NCBI RefSeq assembly: GCF_006345805.1
Contig: NC_043009.1
Span: forward strand, 248,001 to 312,000
Length of the DNA: 64,000 bases
Direction: 5' to 3'
Origin: Octopus sinensis
Taxonomy: Eukaryota
This document shows, piece by piece, positions 52,096 to 64,000 of this stretch (position 1 is its first letter; every line of letters starts with the position of its first letter). The notes beneath the pieces are model-generated. The model was not told where the DNA came from and made no database searches. It was given only the letters and a program-made list of their open reading frames with translations. A program made the translations under genes and the position numbers.

Positions 52096-52541
52096 GTAAG
52101 CGAGCTACTTACCACACAGCCATTCCTATGTAGTTAGACACGGGCTTCTTTCAGTTTCCGTCTATCAAATCCACTCACAAGGCTTTGGTTGGACCGAGGC
52201 CATAGTAGAGGACACCTCCTGAAGATTCCACGCAGTGGACTGAATCTGGAACCATGTTGTTGGGAAGCAAGCTTCTTATCACACAGCTACGCCTGCACCT
52301 ATGTAAATATTCAATGTTTTCTTTCTTTCCTTCTTTATAGAGCAGCTTCAGACTTGATGAACTGTATGGGCTCGGCCTCTACTGGTTGCGGTGAAGAAAT
52401 GGGAAAACATTCGACCAAGCTCGTTCACAGATTGCAGAATTAGGATGTCCACAGTCATCACGTAGTATCACACACACACACACACACACACACACAACAC
52501 ACACAAAGACACCACACACACACACACAAGACACACACACA

Positions 52542-52582
<41 letters not shown>

Positions 52583-53095
52583 CCTAAACTTCTTAATTGG
52601 ATGCAAAACACTTTCATTAAGTTTGTCGTAAACGTCCATGTTTGTTTTCAGTTAACCTTTGCTTCATAAGTTCTGAGTTTAGTTAAACTTTGCTTCATAC
52701 GCTCTGAGTATTTCCTTTCAAAAGTCCCAAGCAACTTTGGAGGTTGAAACACACATTGGGAATGTGCATCTGATGATGCATGAGCGCCAGGGAAATAGGT
52801 TCTGTTTGCCCAAAGCATTATCATAAGTTTGTCCTAAACGCCTATGCATGTTTTCAGATTTTTAGTTAAGCCCTGACAAGAAAAGCTATGTCAGAGAACA
52901 CGGCTCTGGTATTCAAACTGATGCAAAAATTTGAATGGGCTTTTGCCACACGCAGTAGGGAGTGTGATGGTAAGTAAAAAGAGGGATAATTTACAAGTTT
53001 CGGTTTATTTAGATTTCATCGGCTAAATATATTTTTGCTAGCATATCTAGACCAAATACGTAGGTTTTAAAGTGCTTAATGGTAGTTATATATAT

Positions 53096-53149
<54 letters not shown>

Positions 53150-53163
53150 TATATATATATGTT

Positions 53164-53195
<32 letters not shown>

Positions 53196-53250
53196 GACAC
53201 AAACATGTATGCAGACACACATATATATATATGTGTGTGTATGTGTATTA

Positions 53251-53320
<70 letters not shown>

Positions 53321-54893
53321 TCTACATAATTGGGCAATTCTCTCTGCGGGTGTGTTTGCGGTGTCGTTAGCTAACTCCTCCTACATCGTTTTATCGATTT
53401 TGATGAAACTTAATACGTGAATAGAACTCATGACTGGAACCCTTTAACAGCTTACACTTATGGAACAGAACCAAGGGATAAGTCCAGTTTTTCCGGGAAT
53501 TACCGGATACGTCAGTTATTATATATATGTATGTATGGAAATGATCCTTATATCTACTACATATAATTAATGTTGTTTAAATGCTCAGGGGAAATAACCC
53601 ATAGCACCATTACTTATAATTGTCAGTTTTTAACGAAGCGGTCAATATTTGTTTCTCGCGATCAGGCGACCTAATTCAATATTTCGCTACTCACACTTTT
53701 TAATTGCTAAACCTGATTATTGCACTTTCATGATTTGAATCTTAAACCTTAAAGATTTCATTCATACATTTATATACATACATTTGACTGCTCATAACTC
53801 CGATAATTCTGCATTTCTCCAGTTACACCTTTTTGATGTCAGTAGATAAATTTTTAATTCCAGAACGTATATGTAGCAGCTTCATGCAGGCATAGTGTGG
53901 ATTCGATCCCCGATTGACAAATTTCACTTAACAGTTCAACAGCACTTTTCTTACGGTAAAACAATAGTCTTTCTATGAATGACAGCAGTTACATTTGCCA
54001 GATGCCTTCGCTAAGCAGAATAATGTCTTTAGAACTTCTAACCTCTTCTACGCCTACAGGGGCTGGAATGGAGATAACAGACTTCCAATGAAAACACAAA
54101 CTTCGTGACATACATAGATTGTTGAAAAAATCGATAATAGGGCCCCTGGAAGGATCTTTATAACTACTATATATAACTAATATTTTATTTAAACACCCAA
54201 GGGAAATAACCCATAGCACCTGCATTTACATCAGTTTTTAGCGAAGCGATCAATATTTGATTCTCACGATCAACGGACCTAATTCTCCATTTCACTACTC
54301 ACACTTTTGAACTACTAAACCTATTAATGCACTTTCTTGATTTGAATTTTAAACCTTAAAGATTCAGATCAACAAATGTATGGGCAGACATTGGAAGTGG
54401 TAGGCCTTAATCTTGCAGAACCTAATTTTTTCACGGACAGCTCTATGTCGGATGCTCTAGAGTTGGAAATCCGGAAAATGTATTCATCTATGCTCCCAAC
54501 GGCATAACCTAAAACATTGTCTAGCACGAAGCCCTGCAAGACTAATATTTTGGAACAAAGATGCATCTTCCCCCGACAACCTCTCTCGCTAACCTCCGAA
54601 AACCTCTCTCGCCAACCTCGAAAATCTCTCTCGACAATCCCTAACAGACTTTCTCGCCAATCCCCGACAGTCTCTCTTGCCAATCTCTCCCTCTTCCACC
54701 TGAGAGTTTTTTGTACTCTTTCGCAATGGAAAATACACCTTTTGTGGCAGTTATAACAAAATTGCTTTCTTTATATCAGAGTAATAAGGCGTTTCAATAA
54801 GGCGTTTAACTAGAACATCTTTACCCCCGGAAATTATCAGGTATACCAGATTGTATATATATATGGATGACGCGTGACCGAGTAAAACCACTT
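53321..54893 (+). mobile_element. Non-autonomous Helitron with helicase C-terminal remnant
   Basis: 5' A|TCTACATAAT and CGATTTTGATGAAAC; ~180-bp internal direct repeat (53585-53770 / 54195-54365); 54370-54545 reads GQTLEVVGLNLAEP..HGQLYVGCSRVGNPENV. 3' end approximate. Confidence 0.65.
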
Positions 54894-55339
54894 TTTTAAC
54901 GCATTTTGCTCCAAGACGCATCTCATATTTGGTCTCCCCATCGCTTTTGATGTCCCATATGGCTCGTAAGACCTGTAAGGAATCTACAAGTCATTCTACA
55001 CCGACCAACCAAGCAACAGCCCAACAATCTGGATGCTGGGACCTACAATACTGGATGAGGCTAGTGGCCGACCGAGACACGCTGCTACATACGGTGCACG
55101 TAATAACATGCGGGGCAGCACATTGGTAGACACGATTGTAACTGAGTTGGCTTGACTTCGAGGAGGAGACAGGACCACACTGAACGCAGGAAAGGAACTC
55201 ATTTGTGTCCTTGTTAGGGAGAGGAGACTTCACATCCTCCATATATATTTACCACCGTCTTTATGATAGACCTAAAATATAAATTCTCCAACCCAAATTT
55301 GTGGTGAAACACTTGATCATTTTGTGTAGGGCTGTCCTA

Positions 55340-55963
55340 AACTAACACCAAACGAATATAAATATCGTCACGATATAAGGTAGAGTAATGTTTACATTGG
55401 AAAATATGTAAGCAGTACCAAATAGACACACCTGCTGACTGGCATAAACACCGTTCTGACTCAGTGGTTGAAGGCGAAAATGTCATCAGCTGAGACTTGC
55501 CTAACACTGACTGAACAATCCACGCTAATCGACCAGACATAATCATTAAAGAGTGAGAAAAAATGCTTGTAAACTGATAGATATGTGACCCTTCTAAAAA
55601 TATATCTGCCAAGGAATTTGACAAGCCCAGTAAATATAAGAATCTAAGCTGAGTAGATATAAGAATCTGAGTAAATGAAAGAATATAAGTAATTGAAATA
55701 CTAGACACAGCATTTTGAAGCGAAAACTGTCCCTATTATTATAAGTATCAGAAACATCTAGATAACCTCCCTGAAGACACATCTCTCACAAATATATTTT
55801 CAAAATGTGTTAACATGTACTACCCACCCTCTTAGAAAAGCCCTATCAAATTACTTGCATTTTACTGTAGTGTTCATGTATTGTATATGTATTTTTGTAC
55901 TGTCTTCCCCACTTTCTCTCCCCAAACTTTCAAATCTACCTAAACATTTGTTAAGCATCACTA

Positions 55964-55964
<1 letters not shown>
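55340..55964 (+). mobile_element. Highly degenerate R4-clade 3' fragment with (TAA)n tail (55965-56031)
   Basis: Reads HWKICKQYQIDTPADWHKH..VVEGENV..HANRPDIIIK with stops. Confidence 0.65.
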
Positions 55965-56032
<68 letters not shown>

Positions 56033-56034
56033 TT

Positions 56035-56492
56035 AAGTAACCAACCCCAAAAAGTTCTACCAAGAACTGGGAAAAAATAATCAATTCCAACCCCAAAAAG
56101 TTCTACCAAGAACTGGGAAAAAAATAAAATAGAAGTCACTGCAGCACCAACGGAAGAAGAAGTGGAAGAATTCTGGAGAGAAATATGGTCGGCGAACGAA
56201 CAGCCAAAAATAAGGAGTATCAAAATAACAAACTCGGCATCTGAACAACTTTGGACCCCCATAACAACTGAAGAGGTCACCCGGGCACTGCAAAAAAATA
56301 GCAACTGGAAGGCACCTGGGCATGACAAGATCCCCAACTTCTGGTTGAAATATCTAACAGGAATGCACAAAAAGCTGGCTGAAAACTTTAACAGCATACT
56401 AGCAGAGCCAGAGACAATGCCTGAATGGCTCATGAAGGGGAAAACCATCTTAATTCCCAAATCAAATGAAACAGCAAAACCAGAAAACTACA
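56035..56492 (+). mobile_element. R4/Dong pre-RT region inserted in (TAA)n, cut by the gap
   Basis: ORF 56162 onward EEFWREIW..ITTEEV..NWKAPGHDKIPNFWLK..PEWLMKGKTILIPK..PENY. Confidence 0.85.
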
Positions 56493-56592
56493 NNNNNNNN
56501 NNNNNNNNNNNNNNNNNNNNNNNNNNNNNNNNNNNNNNNNNNNNNNNNNNNNNNNNNNNNNNNNNNNNNNNNNNNNNNNNNNNNNNNNNNNN
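56493..56592. other. Assembly gap (100 N)
   Basis: Run of N. Confidence 0.99.
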
Positions 56593-57113
56593 GAGGAAAA
56601 ATTAAGTCATAGTTAGTTTCATATCCGCTTCAAATTTTTCGAGATGAGGGTTGTGCGGAGGGTTCTTATATAACTTGAGGTTATAATTATTGTTATTATT
56701 GCTAGTTCTATATTTTGGATTATCGTGTGAAAACGCCTTCCATCGCATTCTTCGGATTAGGTCCTTAGTTTTGGAGAGGTGAAGTAAGAGGAAAGTCTTA
56801 TGTGTATGTGTGTATATGGTGTGTGTGTGTGTGTGTGTGCGTACGCATGCGCATACACTAGACCGGTTTCACTTTTGATCTCTGAAAAGCGTTTGTTATG
56901 TGGAAGTATGTCACAAATTGGCCGTTGTAAAAGTTGTTTTCAAAGAGACAAAGTGGCTCAAAGCTCGATCCATTAACGTATAGATTGATGGCAGCCTATG
57001 TTACAATTTCAGTCTCGTTACGTAGCACCTGTAGGCTAGTGTCTTCTGCTATAACCCCAGGCCGCCCGGAGGCTTGTCATGGATTTGGAAGACGGAAACT
57101 GTAAGATGCCCGT

Positions 57114-57148
<35 letters not shown>

Positions 57149-57176
57149 ATATATATATATATATATAATATATATA

Positions 57177-57231
<55 letters not shown>

Positions 57232-57238
57232 TATATAT

Positions 57239-57284
<46 letters not shown>

Positions 57285-57296
57285 TAGATATATATA

Positions 57297-57327
<31 letters not shown>

Positions 57328-57549
57328 CGCGTGCGCATGTGTGTATGTGTGGAGGGGCAACGGCCCAGTGGTTAGGGCAGCGGACTCGCGGTCGTAGGAA
57401 CGCGCTTTCGATTCCCAGACCGGGCAATGTGTTTTAAGTTTTAAGTTTCTAGTTTGATAATAGAGTTTATTATAAGTAAAATTATTATATTATTTATATC
57501 TTAAAAATATTGTTTAAATATTTCTGATTATTTTAAAAATATTTCAATT

Positions 57550-57642
57550 AACCTGAAGATTGACTGTAACTATAACTCGAATTATTGATTGAATTTAAAT
57601 TATTGTTATTCGAATTGGTACAGCCATGAAACGATCGTAGTG
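57550..57642 (+). ncRNA. Degenerate hammerhead motif (duplicate of 31342-31434)
   Basis: CTGAAGA 57553-57559; GAAAC GATC GTA 57628-57639. Confidence 0.4.
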
Positions 57643-59746
57643 TTTTACTCTTTATCTTTTATTAAACTTTTAATACTTTTGATATATATAAAAAATTTAA
57701 AAAATTTAAAAATTTAAAAATAAAAATTTTTTAAAATAAATAAATAAATTAATTAATTAATTAATCAATAAATAAAATAATATATAAATATAAAAATATA
57801 CATACATGCATATATATATATATATTTGTATATATATATAAAATTTATGAGTTTAAATTATTTAAATAATTTTTTATTTTTAACTTTTATATTTTAAATT
57901 AATTTTATGTATTGGCTTATGTTTGATTTGCATAATAGTGGTTTTATCTCTAATTTAATATAATATAATATAATATATTTATACTATAAAATTGGATTTA
58001 ATCCTAAATCTCATTTTTCCCTGTAAGTTTGGATTTATTCCCTAATATTATTATATATATTAATATTGCACTCGCACACAAACACACTTATCCTTGAATA
58101 CTTTATTCTAAGTGGCCGGAGATAGCTTTTTTTAAAACTTGCCTCCTTGAAATGATATATTATATCCCGTTATCGACCAGACTAGAGGTTGTTATTTTAC
58201 ATCGCTGGTCACAATGCGCTTTGCATCGCTTTAGCTTTCAAATGATGCTACCTCACAAGCATAGCAAGCAGAGCAACGTTCCCCTTACTGGTATCTAGTC
58301 TGTACCATGATGACTCAACTACAGCTGAATGGACTGGAACAACATGGCATGAAGTGTTTTGTTCAAAAGCACAATGTGCCACTCGGTTCGGGTATTGAAA
58401 CCACGATCTCCCGATCGTGAATGAATGGAACACCGTAACCACTAAGCCACACGTGTTCACATATACAGGGTGCGGTAGAAGTAACGCTCTTTTTGCATTT
58501 AATGACTTTTATAGTACATGTTGTTGTTTGTTCCTTCTCGACCCACGCCTGGCTCATAAGGGCCTGTTTCCCGGTTTCCTTGGCGTATAGGTTCCCCACT
58601 TGGACGGGACACCGGTCCGTCGCGGTTGAGCTGCAAGATGCAGGAGGAAAGAGTGAGTGAAAGTTGTGGCGAAAGAGTCAGCAGAAGTTTGCCATTACCT
58701 TCTGCCAGAGCTGTGCGGAGCTTAGGTGTTTCGCTCATAAACACACACATCACCCGGTCTGAGATTCGAACACGCGATTCCGCGACCGCGAGTCCGCTGC
58801 TCTAACCACTAGGCCATGTGCTTCCAATTTGATAATATATAAATGCCTATTAATTTTTTATTGAACACAAATATATTGCATTACTTAAAGAAACGGATAA
58901 AAAACTAATGAAAAAAGTCGCAGAGGTATTAGGAAATTTATTAAGTATTGTTTCACCAAATACAAAAAGGTATTACTTACGCCGCATCCTGTACATTATA
59001 TAATTTGTTTTAATTATAATTGCATTTAAAATTTTCTTTAGTTTTTTTCTGAAGAAAAAAAAAAACTCTGGCGTAGGAATGACCGTGTGGTAAGTAGCTT
59101 GCTTACGAACCACATGGTTCTGGGTTTAGTGCCACTGCGTGGCACCTTGGGCAAGTGTTTTCTACTATAGTCTCGGGCCGACCAAAGCCTTGTGAGTAGA
59201 TTTGGTAGACAGAAACTGAAATAAGCCCGTCGTATACATGTGTGTTTGTGTGTTTGTGTGTGTGTGTTTGTGTGTTTGTGTTTGTCCCCCCCAACATCGC
59301 TTGACAACCGATGCTGGTGTGTTTACGTCCCCGTAACTTAGCAGTTCGACAAAAGAGACCGATAGAATGAGTACTAGGCTTACAAAGAATAAGTCCTGGG
59401 GTCGATTTGCTCGACTAAAGGCGGTGCTCCAGCATGGCCACATTCAAATGACTGAAACAAGTAAAAGATAAAAGAGTAAGATTCACGTAGATCCGCAAGA
59501 ATCATGTGGACCGCCGCAGTTACTTGAATCAATGTAAAGAGTAATAAATTAAATGAGGCAATGCAAGAAAAATCACGTTTTACGATAAAACATGGGAGAA
59601 TTATGTAGAGTGGGGTGAAGTGATATGAGAGTAGAAGAATGATTGACAATAGATAATGAGATGTGAAGAAATACAATAGGTGAGATAAAGTAATGTAGGA
59701 AAAGTTAGCTATGGGATAGATGTAGCGATATACGATGATGATGATG

Positions 59747-59844
<98 letters not shown>

Positions 59845-60697
59845 AAGAAGAAGAAGAAGAAGAAGAAGAAAGACCCTGATGCAGTACCAGACAGTGGCTC
59901 GTGGCTTCTGATCTTAACTGATTGATAGTGTTATCGTGTACATTGTTTTGTCTTGGTATAAAAGATGGGCTACAGCAAATATTCTGCTCAATACCACAGA
60001 TTTGCTTGTCAGTTGTTTGACCTTAACCAGTTGAGCATGTCCCTTAGTGGCTGACGATATGTGCATCTCTGATCACAAGCAGAAGTAGTGGGGGAGCATC
60101 ATAGCCGTGTGTTGAAAGGAATTCTTGGAGGTTTGGATAACTCACCTTTGGAAACATGGGTGGTTCGTTCAACATCCTTAAACAATCATTATTCAGGGAC
60201 CTTTTGAGCGGGATGGGCTACTCGACCAGAAGAAAATTCTAACTGGACCCCATTTGCAAGGTCATCCGCTGTTTATCTTGATATGAGATCACCATGTCTC
60301 GCACATTTGATTGTGATGCATGTGTCTGGTCTATCCTAATCAGACGGGTAGTCATGATGGATATACTGGGCTTCGTATATTTAAATCCAGTGTCACTTTG
60401 ATGGCATGCACTGCTCTCTCACTCAATATCAATAATAGTAATGAAGATGGTGATGATGATGATGATGATTATGATGATAATGATGATGATGATAATGACG
60501 ATGATGATGATGATGACGACGACGACGATGACGAGAAGAAGAAGAAGAAGAAGAAGAAGAAGAAGAAGAAGAAGAAGAAGAAGAAGAAGAAGAAGAAGAA
60601 GAAGAAGAAGAAGAAGAAGAAGAAGAAGAAGAAGAAGAAGACGACGAATTCTTTCTACTGGAAGCAAAGAACAAGGTGTCAAATTCGGGGTAAGAGA

Positions 60698-63600
60698 TTA
60701 AGTCGATTTCTGGAAGTTATCCATCGTGCCCGGCTCGAAAGCCCTCCTGAACAGACTGAGTATATTGACTTCGTTAACACCAAGCGTCTGTCCAAGTGGG
60801 TCATCGCTCTTTCCCTCCACCAACCCTCTAAAGAACTCAAGAGTGGGTGTTCCACTGTATCGCAGTGCCTGGTTGGTAGTGGGTAGTGAGTGCCTGGCAA
60901 CATTCCAGATACTAGTCACCCTGCCTCGGTCTCTTCTTGACTCAGGACTGCAGCTCAGTCAAGCAGACGAGCTGGTAGGTCTGATTAACAAACGAGGACC
61001 ACACCTGTTCATCTTTTAGGCAGAATATCTGGAGATGCTGCAACCTCAGTGCATGTCTGCGCATCATTAACCACGGCATGTCCGGGGACTCTGCGTAGAG
61101 GGTGTTGGCAGTAGATGGACTGCCTCACCAATGGAACCTGTCTCTTCCACAAGAATTTGAAGAGGAGGCGCTCCAGCTTGGCGAGGCGCGAACGGGGGCA
61201 AGGCACGACAGGCAAGCGGGAGTTGATGACGGATGTGATGTACCCATTCGCTACCTCCTCTCAACCTTTCAGTGACAGCTTCCTCGTCGCCCATTTCTGT
61301 GTAAGACTGGCTACCATGCTCGTTATCTCGTCCCAATTCTTATCTACCTGGAGTTTTGGTCCGAACCAAACCCCAAGCAACTTTACCGGTCCGTCCAGCG
61401 CCCAACGATGCTGTTAGACAGCATGGACTTGCCTCTCCAGGTGCCGAGTTGCAAGCCCACCGACTTTTTCGGCTTATGTTTTACTCCCGTCAACTTTTCA
61501 TATTCCTCCAATAATGCGCCGACCACCTCAATTTCTGAGATATCCGACACATTACGGTGATGTCGTTCGCATACGCCGACACAGCCCTTCTTCGTCCCGG
61601 TTCGAGTAGGATGCTCCAGCTTCTGTAGTAAAGGCTCAATGGTCAATACGTACAGAAGGTAGGAGAGAGAGCACTCATCACCGACTGATCGTTAGATCTG
61701 AAAAGGATCCGAGAGGTGGCCATTAACTTTGACCACCGAGCAGATGCCGCTGTGCACTGCAGGGATCCAACTTCTGAAGACGGAACCGAAGCCAGCCGCT
61801 TTGAGAACAGCCTAGCCTTTCTTTGATGTATCGCCTACACTTTCTATGATGTATCGCACAAATTGGACTTTCTATGATGTATCAGCCTAACTTTTCTATG
61901 ACGTATAGCACGAGGTGGAGGTTGTCGTGTAAGGATGTAGTCGGGATTGCGCAGGTTTGCGCCTCCCCGACCAAATACTCGACAAGCTCGAACCTCTTTG
62001 CTAATACCTTGGCTAAAATCTAAAACTCTGAATTAAGCATAGTTATGAGCCTGAAGTTATCTAATGTGTCCCTCTTGTTTTCTTCTTTCGACTCACAGAA
62101 CTGGGAATACTCCTGTTCTGCTGTCAGTTGCAGTAGAACGCTTCGAGGAGATCGGCGAGCAAGTCTGGCATATTTACATAAAGTTTATAGTTCAGAACAT
62201 TTAAACCGGGTGACTTGCGCCTCGTGCAGCCGACAAGGGCATCCTGAATTTCAGCTGAAGTTATCTTCATTTCACGGCGCCCGGCGTCGGCCGTTGAGCG
62301 ACGCGGCAAACCGTCGAGTTAATTACTAAAGTCCACTACCATCTCCACCCTCCCACTCTCTCCGATCAACCGAGCAAAGTGCTGGCGAAAGACTTCACAC
62401 ATATGCCTGGAATCGCTCAGCTTGTGTCCGTCTCGGTCCGTCAAAAACCGAATTGTGGTTCTGTTATCACGCTGCGCCTCCGCTACGCGAGTCCATCGAA
62501 CAGCTTTGATCCCCTTGTTTCATAGAGCACGCGCCTTAGCTCTGACAATGCAACCTTCATGTTTCGCATTGAAGAATTGGTTTAATGCCATTCTTGCTGC
62601 TAGCACGTCGATTACAATGTCACTACAAATAGCCTTTCTAGTTTAGTTACCAACCCCTCCTTCTTTCTATTTTTTCTAACGCTATTTCTTCGATAAACCC
62701 TATTGATATCAATCTAACCTCTCTTTTGAGAGCCACCCACCACCTGTTGTTGACGACCCTCCCTGTCAACTTCTGCTTAACTAATTTGTTGACCCGGTCC
62801 CTGTAAGCCTTACGTGTCAGAAACGACATGTTCACCTTCAAGTACCCGGGTCCTAACCCACGCATCTTATCTACCGTACAGATTACAAACTTATGGTCTG
62901 AATAGGTGACCGTTTTAAAAGTGGACATCCTACACTATAACTATCTATTTCCCTAGTGCAAATACTATCTGTATACGATCCAGATGATTCTGAGCGGTTG
63001 GTCTAGGTCCACACTGATGCATTAGGGAAATCTTGTCGGTACCTGTCAGCAGTTGGAACTGGCTGATTAGGTGCTTGAGTCTTTTGCACACCCTCTTCTA
63101 TCAGCTATTCCTACAAAATCCCAGCGTTGGTCTAAGATTCTGTTCCAGTCCCCTACTACGGTAAAAGGCAAGACGTATCTAGAAAGGCTTCCAGACACCT
63201 AAAGAAATCCGGCCGTTTGGCTCCGGTGGGAGCGTAGACAGCCACCAGTCTAAATATATTACCTTCACTATTGCTCACGTCCCGGGTCTCGGAAGATCGA
63301 CTTTACCTCAAGATCCAGTTATTTTCTAAACAGCACTGCTACTATTCACCCATTCCCTATCTGGTAGTCGTCGAACATGGAGTCCAATGCGCGTGCATTG
63401 GCAATCCTGGTCTCACTGACAGCAATTATATCCATTTCTAGAGACCTGAGATCGTTGAGCAGGCGCCCTTGTTCCCAGGGCGATCACAGGCCTCGATCAT
63501 TTAAAATGCTTACTCTTAATATGGCCATGTTGACATGCTAAAGAGAGAGGGGAAAGATTTACTTACCTCCCGGTGTCTTGTGAAAGTAGGGTGGTTCGAC

Positions 63601-64000
63601 TTCCATAATTGGTGGGGATTTTTGGGGGGAACCTCGTTAGGAGTCTTGATGTTGGTCTCTCTCGTTCGGGGTTCCCACGTCCTCCAGAAAGCTCTCTCTC
63701 CAAATTTTGTGTAGGAATCGAGCGACATTCGCACTAGAAGTAAATCTGGTACGCATCCCAAAAGCCACCTAATATCAAGTCCTGATGGGATCCTAGGAAT
63801 GCAGACACGTGCTGTACGCTTCCCCATGTGGGAGGCGTGCATAATGAATTTACTGGTTTTGCAAGGGGTTATTGAGTGTTTCATAGCGAGGGCTTCTGAC
63901 TTAAGCAGCACCGAAATGGTGCCGTATTGTTTTCCCCTCGCTATGTTCTCGATGTCATTTCTGACGCACCTCAATATTTACTCGGGCAATTAAAGCCGCT
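60698..64000 (-). mobile_element. L1/Tx1 LINE (duplicate of 34497-37796)
   Basis: Same ORF remnants; ORF2 start at 63528; APE SDH motif in ORF 62647-62928. Confidence 0.85.

Larger units (their letters stand above)
49680..52130 (-). mobile_element. SINE S2 split by the 50140-52095 insertion (parts 49680-50139 and 52096-52130)
   Basis: Removing the insert and one TSD copy restores ...GGCTGTGTGGT AAGTAGCTCGCTTAC CAACCACAT..., matching the head at 32863. Confidence 0.85.
56593..64000 (+). repeat. Near-identical copy of 30385-37796 (offset ~26.2 kb), including its SINEs, the 59872-60427 element and the L1/Tx1 copy 60700-64000
   Basis: Co-linear from GAGGAAAATTAAGTCATAG to the window end; only scattered SNPs and homopolymer differences. 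Confidence 0.97.

Noticed and set aside
52989-53025. Minus-strand CCGATGA...GAAACTTGTA motif
   Set aside because: Core words are present but helices I and II do not pair; possible decayed hammerhead, not supportable.
54991-55242. Minus ORF with CxxC pairs resembling C2H2 fingers
   Set aside because: His ligands and spacing are degenerate and no splice context was seen; more likely a TE remnant.

Overview
Repeat-saturated, AT-rich animal genomic DNA. The SINE, LINE and microsatellite content suggests an octopod cephalopod (inference). No multi-exon host gene is supportable; one candidate Cys-rich exon lies at 48055-48159. Bases 1-19.5 kb are a chain of R4/Dong-type REL retrotransposons nested in each other's (TAA)n tails, including a 3x tandem array. 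The rest contains a Neptune-like Penelope element, a Hero element, an L1/Tx1 element, mariners, Helitron-like elements, CR1 fragments and many tRNA-derived SINEs. A 100-N gap is followed by a near-identical copy of 30385-37796, possibly a haplotig. The strongest signals missing from the ORF track are: (i) about ten type I hammerhead ribozyme motifs from several unrelated non-coding families, nearly all with self-complementary helix III and mostly lying upstream of (TA)n, with one related fold-back whose axis maps to a predicted cleavage site; (ii) a 1.96 kb ORF1-only (HAL1-like) retroelement with an exact 15-bp TSD. All structures were read by eye; no searches or folding programs were run.
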